A DNA stretch of 64,000 nucleotides from assembly GCF_006345805.1 (NCBI RefSeq), contig NC_043012.1:33976001-34040000 (forward strand). The letters are read 5' to 3'. The notes beneath the pieces were generated by a model. The model saw only the letters and a program-made list of their open reading frames with translations, had not been told where the DNA came from and searched no databases. A program made the translations under genes and the position numbers. Shown here one piece after another: positions 59,651 to 64,000 of this stretch; position 1 is the first letter of the stretch, and the number at the start of each line of letters is the position of its first letter. This DNA comes from Octopus sinensis. Its lineage: Eukaryota.

Positions 59651-62600
59651 TAAATACACCTGTGCACATGCATATGGCTTCAAAAGAGGAGGGACACATT
59701 GGCTACTGTTTTGTTTTCATGTTGTGGTTGTTGTAACAGTTCAACTCAAAGTTGGCTCTAATCGCTCAGGTGTGATTCATACCACTCCAATCAAGACCAT
59801 CCCAACATTTTCACAAACATAGTGTATCTAGGACTTCATTGTCCAGTATGTTTTAATAAGATTGTAGAATGTCATTTGGAGGGGATTTCATCATCATTGT
59901 CATTTAATGTCTGTTTTCCATGCAAGCATGGGTTGGACAGCTTGGCAGGAACTGGCAAGGTCAGAGGCTGCACCAGGCTCCATAAACTGTTTTGGCTTGG
60001 TTTCTATGACTAGATGCCCTTTTTAACACCAACCATTTTAGTGTACTAGGTGCTCTTTACATGGCATTTTGGTTTTAGGAGTTCTCTCTCTCTCTATTAT
60101 CATCCTCATTTAACATCCACTTCCATGCTGGCATGGGTTGGACGGTTTGACAGGAGCTGGCCAGGTAGAAGACTATATTGTGTCTGTTTTGGCATATCTT
60201 TTACAGCTGGATGCCCTTTCTAACACCACCTGGTGAGGTCAGTTTTGGCATGAGTTTTACAGCTGGATGCCCTTCCAAATGCCAACCACTTCACAAAGTG
60301 GACTGGATGCTTTTAATGTGGCACCAGCACTGGCAGGGTCACCAAGTAACTTGCAAGACAAGGAATTTTTGAGAGGGAAGAGGTTCATTGGAAGAGGTGA
60401 TCTTGTGTCAGATAACAAAAGGTTAGAGTGTGACAGAGAGAGAGAGAGAAACAGGTGTCTTAATATAGAGGAGGTACATGGTTACCTAACCAGAGAGAAA
60501 TGTCCGATGGCATCACTTTGTCTCCAACAATTTGTTGCAACACCAGTGCAGAATCACATCCTCCGACAAGTCATCCTAACGAGACGTCTGTATTGGCTGG
60601 GTCATGGCCTCTGTCGTCAACCAGGAGAATTCATCTATGAAGCAATTGCCCCAGCTTCCCTTTAGGGTTGGCGAAAGCGATGTGGTGGACAAGGAAAAAC
60701 CTGGCTGATGACAGTCAAGGCTGATCTGGAACCCAACCTAGGCCCCCATGTCTATGGCGTTCACTGCTGGAATAAGGAGTGGTTGGAGATCACGTGGTCG
60801 TTAGCCTCAAATCGCCAGGCCTGGTTGGCATTAGTGAGAGATGCAGCATTGAGGATGAATGCTGTCTAAAGTCAACCAGAGAGAGAGAGAGGAAGAAAGA
60901 AAGAGAAGGGGGGGGGGAGAACAACAGAGGTAGTCTTAATCTCCAAAGTAAAATAATCACCACTTAAAAGTGGATGTTGTGTTAGAATACTGCAATATTT
61001 ACCAAAAGAGAAAAATCTCATATGTGAGCAGATTTGGTAGACAGAAACTAAAAGAAGCCCATCATCATCATCATTTAACGTCCGTTCTCCATGCTAGCAG
61101 GGGTTGGATGGTTCAACCGGGGTCCGGGAATCCAGGAGGCTGCACCAGGCCGAGTCTGATCTGGCAGTGTTTCTAACCCTAACCAACAATCAGTTGGTGC
61201 TTTTTACGTGCCACCGAGACGGAAGCCAGTCAAGGTGGCACTGGCATCGGCCATGTACGGATGGTGCTTATCTATATAATATGTATGCATATGTGTATAC
61301 TTGTGTGTACTCATGTCTAGATATGTGATAGTTGCAAATGAGCATCATCATCATCGTACAAATGTGGCTGTTTGTTTCCAGTTTTCTGTGAAAACATATC
61401 TGGCTACGAGAAAATATTACCTTGTTTGGAAACGGTTATGGGCTAGTGACAAGAAAAGTATCTAGCCATAGAAATCCATTTTAACCCATAGAAACATGGA
61501 AAATTATGATGAATGAATGAAACACACACAAGAAGAGCTTCCGTAGTTTCCATTTACCAATTCCACTTACTAGCTACAATAAAAGACATTTGTCCAAGGT
61601 GCCAGAGTGAGATGGAATTTGAAACCACAAGGTTTTGAAGTGACCTCCCTATCCACACAACTACACTCGCACCTATTTCATCTTCGAAAATGTAGTCCTT
61701 GATACACTATGACAATATAAAATACAGGTTGACCTCCCCCAACTGGAATCTGTTTATGATTACACGTCAGCTGAATCAAGCTGACTCTGTTGCTCAGCAA
61801 CGAAGAGTACATTAGACAATGTAGTCCTAGGTACACTATGTCTAAATAGAAAATACAGGATGGTCATGGGTGGAGCACTTTCGCTTAAAGAGCGACTGAA
61901 TCAGGGCTGACCTGCAAAGGTGGGAGACATAAACAACAAAGAAACAAACAAAACCAAACATACAACATAAACAAACAAGGCTGACAAACAATGCAAATAT
62001 CACTGGGAAATGGCATGAATATCACAACTTCACCTCCAAATCCATAGCCTGTACTAAATTAAAGAAATCAATTCAGCCATTGATTTAACAGAAAAAGCCA
62101 ACCTAACGATTTTCTATTATATAATCACATATGCACAAAATGTTGCTTAGTACCAAGAAACCAGAGCCAAGGTTAAGAGTTTCCAGCTGTGACCACCCAG
62201 CTGTTTCCTTTGTTGATATGTAGGCGTTGAGCTATTCCACCTAGGTCGACTTTGCCTTTCATCCTTTCGGGGTCGATTAAATAAGTACCAGTTACGCACT
62301 GGGGTCGATATAATCGACTTAATCCGTTTGTCTGCCCTTGTTTGTCCTCTCTGTGTTTAGCCCCTTGTGGGTAGTAAAGAAATAGGTATGTAGGACTCAG
62401 CTTCTACATTCAACCTTAGCTCCACACCCCCACATTAGTCTTTAGGTGGTGTCATTAGAAGTGATGTGTACCACCCTTCCACTAACTGAGACAATGAGAT
62501 ACTCTCTACATAGTTGCACAAACTGCAAGCATTAGCAGCCTGAGATCCTAAAACCAAGGTGCCATATAGAAAGCATTGGTGTGGGTGCTGGTACCATGTA

Positions 62601-63016
62601 AAAAACCACCCATTACACTCTGTAAAGTGGTTGGTGTTGTTAGGAAGAGCATCTTAGTCATAGAAACCAAGCCAAAACAGATTATGGAGCCTGGTGTGGC
62701 TTCTGACCTAGCCAGTTCCTGCCAAGCTGTCCAACCCATGCTTGCATGGAAAACAGACATTAAATGACAATGATGATGAAATCCCCTCCAAATGACATTC
62801 TACAATCTTATTAAAACATACTGGACAATGAAGTCCTAGATACACTATGTTTGTGAAAATGTTGGGATGGTCTTGATTGGAGTGGTATGAATCACACCTG
62901 AGCGATTAGAGCCAACTTTGAGTTGAACTGTTACAACAACCACAACATGAAAACAAAACAGTAGCCAATGTGTCCTCCCGCTTTTGAAGCCATATGCATG
63001 TGCACAGGTGTATTTA
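59651..63016. repeat. 306-bp inverted duplication (59651-59956 / 62711-63016)
   Basis: Manual comparison: 3 mismatches near the outer end, identical over the rest. Confidence 0.9.
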
Positions 63017-64000
63017 CATCGAGGTCAACTTTGCCTTTCATACTTTCGGAGTCGGTTAAATAAGTACCAGTTACACACTGGGGTTAATGTAATTGACGTA
63101 ATCCGTTTGTCTGTCCTTGTTTGTCCCCTCTATGTTTAGCCCCTTGTGGGTAATAAAGAAATAGGTATTCTAAAAGCTAACTACTTTGTACATCTACCAG
63201 GGCTTATAGTATCCACTTCTCTCTTAGTCAGGATACCATCACTACCTTCTTTGTAAGACTATGATACCTTGAAATTGCCAAGCATATGTATATATGTAAG
63301 AAGCACAAGGGCTAGGAGGAAAGCGAGTAGATGGTCAAGATCACTGTATAAGGGAGGGAAAGATGTAAAGAAGGAATAAAAAAGGGGTTTCACATTGAGT
63401 GGAACTGAGAGCACACACAAAAATACAAATAGAAGCAATCCACCCACACATGGTTAAGAAGCTGCCACCTAAGTTGGGTGAGAACATCCCCTAAATCCAA
63501 CTGACCACCACTTCCTATACTGCGTACTGTGTTGAAGGGTGACAAGAAGCATCTCCCATCCTTGGTTCATGCTGTAATAAAATTGCTGTCGTTCCAGCCA
63601 GAGTTCTATAATTTCTGTTTTAGTACCTGCATGGTTGTGTGGTTAAGAATTGCTTCCCAACTATATGGTGTTGGGTTCAGTCCCACTGCATAACATCTTA
63701 GGCACAGGTTTTTTCTTGTAGCCCCTCACTAACATACATGTGAGCAGGCTTCGTTGATGAAAATGGAAAAAAGCTTATTGTATATGTATATTCGTGTGCA
63801 TGCACTTAAGTTCACATGTCTTGACTTCGTCTGATAATTGTATAAATAAGCACCACTGTCATATAAGTAGTGATGTTTGTTTTGAATCCTCCAAGAAAAC
63901 AAGTTCACCCATGGGGAAATATTACCTTGCTTGGAAACAGGAAGGGCATTTGGCTGTAGAAAATCTGTCTCAACAAATTCCATTTAACCCAAGCAAGCAT

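Larger units (their letters stand above)
271..62780. mobile_element. Dispersed family: 5'-truncated RTE LINE 3' ends (SINE-like), about 30 copies in both orientations
   Basis: Shared ...gtgccggtggcacgtaaaaagcacccactacactc..gagtggttggcgttaggaagggcatccagc...cccatgctagcatggaaa.cggacgttaaacgatgatgatg. Approximate copies (+): 271-616, 2858-3125, 3772-4040, 7405-7561, 16440-16756, 21590-22018, 23915-24158, 24960-25377, 50950-51209, 55352-55817. Approximate copies (-): 1424-2800, 22371-22910, 30176-30452, 39146-39500, 42770-43310, 50188-50512, 58968-59315, 61060-61265. Confidence 0.9.
10195..63170. mobile_element. Dispersed tRNA-derived SINE family (A box tggcagaa.cg, B box gagttcaaat, body gcctttcatcctttcggggtcgat..aagtaccag)
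   Basis: Approximate copies (+): 10283-10510, 33333-33490, 49115-49285, 55818-55980, 62240-62390, 63017-63165. Approximate copies (-): 12310-12530, 14110-14315, 14685-14900, 17940-18080, 23370-23585, 26080-26280, 37010-37205. Confidence 0.85.
1278..63720. mobile_element. Dispersed tRNA-derived SINE family with CORE-like ggcaccttgggcaagtgtcttct body and microsatellite tail
   Basis: Approximate copies: 1278-1410, 13440-13720, 21040-21530, 41450-41760, 58200-58580(-), 63630-63720. Confidence 0.7.

Noticed and set aside
315-63983. Most ORFs in the six-frame track (e.g. the many ...[22 protein letters not shown]... peptides)
   Set aside because: They are translations of the dispersed repeat or of microsatellites. 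Only those containing TNPO3 exons or TE fragments are meaningful.

Overview
AT-rich, repeat-dense eukaryotic DNA. The repeat landscape suggests an octopus or other coleoid cephalopod (inferred, not proven). The dominant feature is the transportin-3 (TNPO3/Trn-SR) gene on the minus strand. I reconstructed 26 GT-AG coding exons by hand between 43680 and the TAA stop at 6602-6604. They total 2667 nt (888 codons plus stop), are phase-compatible throughout and contain no internal stop. The first coding exon (about 40 aa) was not found and probably lies beyond 64000. The introns are filled with 5'-truncated RTE LINE 3' ends carrying a variable hairpin-module array, tRNA-derived SINEs, piggyBac relics and TTAA MITEs, mariner, Tigger, Gypsy, R4-like and Helitron-like relics, and microsatellites. 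Two or three candidate plus-strand exons of an unidentified convergent transcript lie at 808-4558. The most notable observation is a TSD-flanked foldback element, present in two copies. Its arms each fold into a minimal type I hammerhead ribozyme with a compensatory G3:C8 core. Other notable items are a 306-bp near-perfect inverted duplication, a triple-nested transposon stack and an R-to-G change at a normally conserved TNPO3 residue. Human exon sizes and family assignments are recalled knowledge and were not database-checked. Repeat boundaries are approximate unless TSDs or TIRs are quoted.
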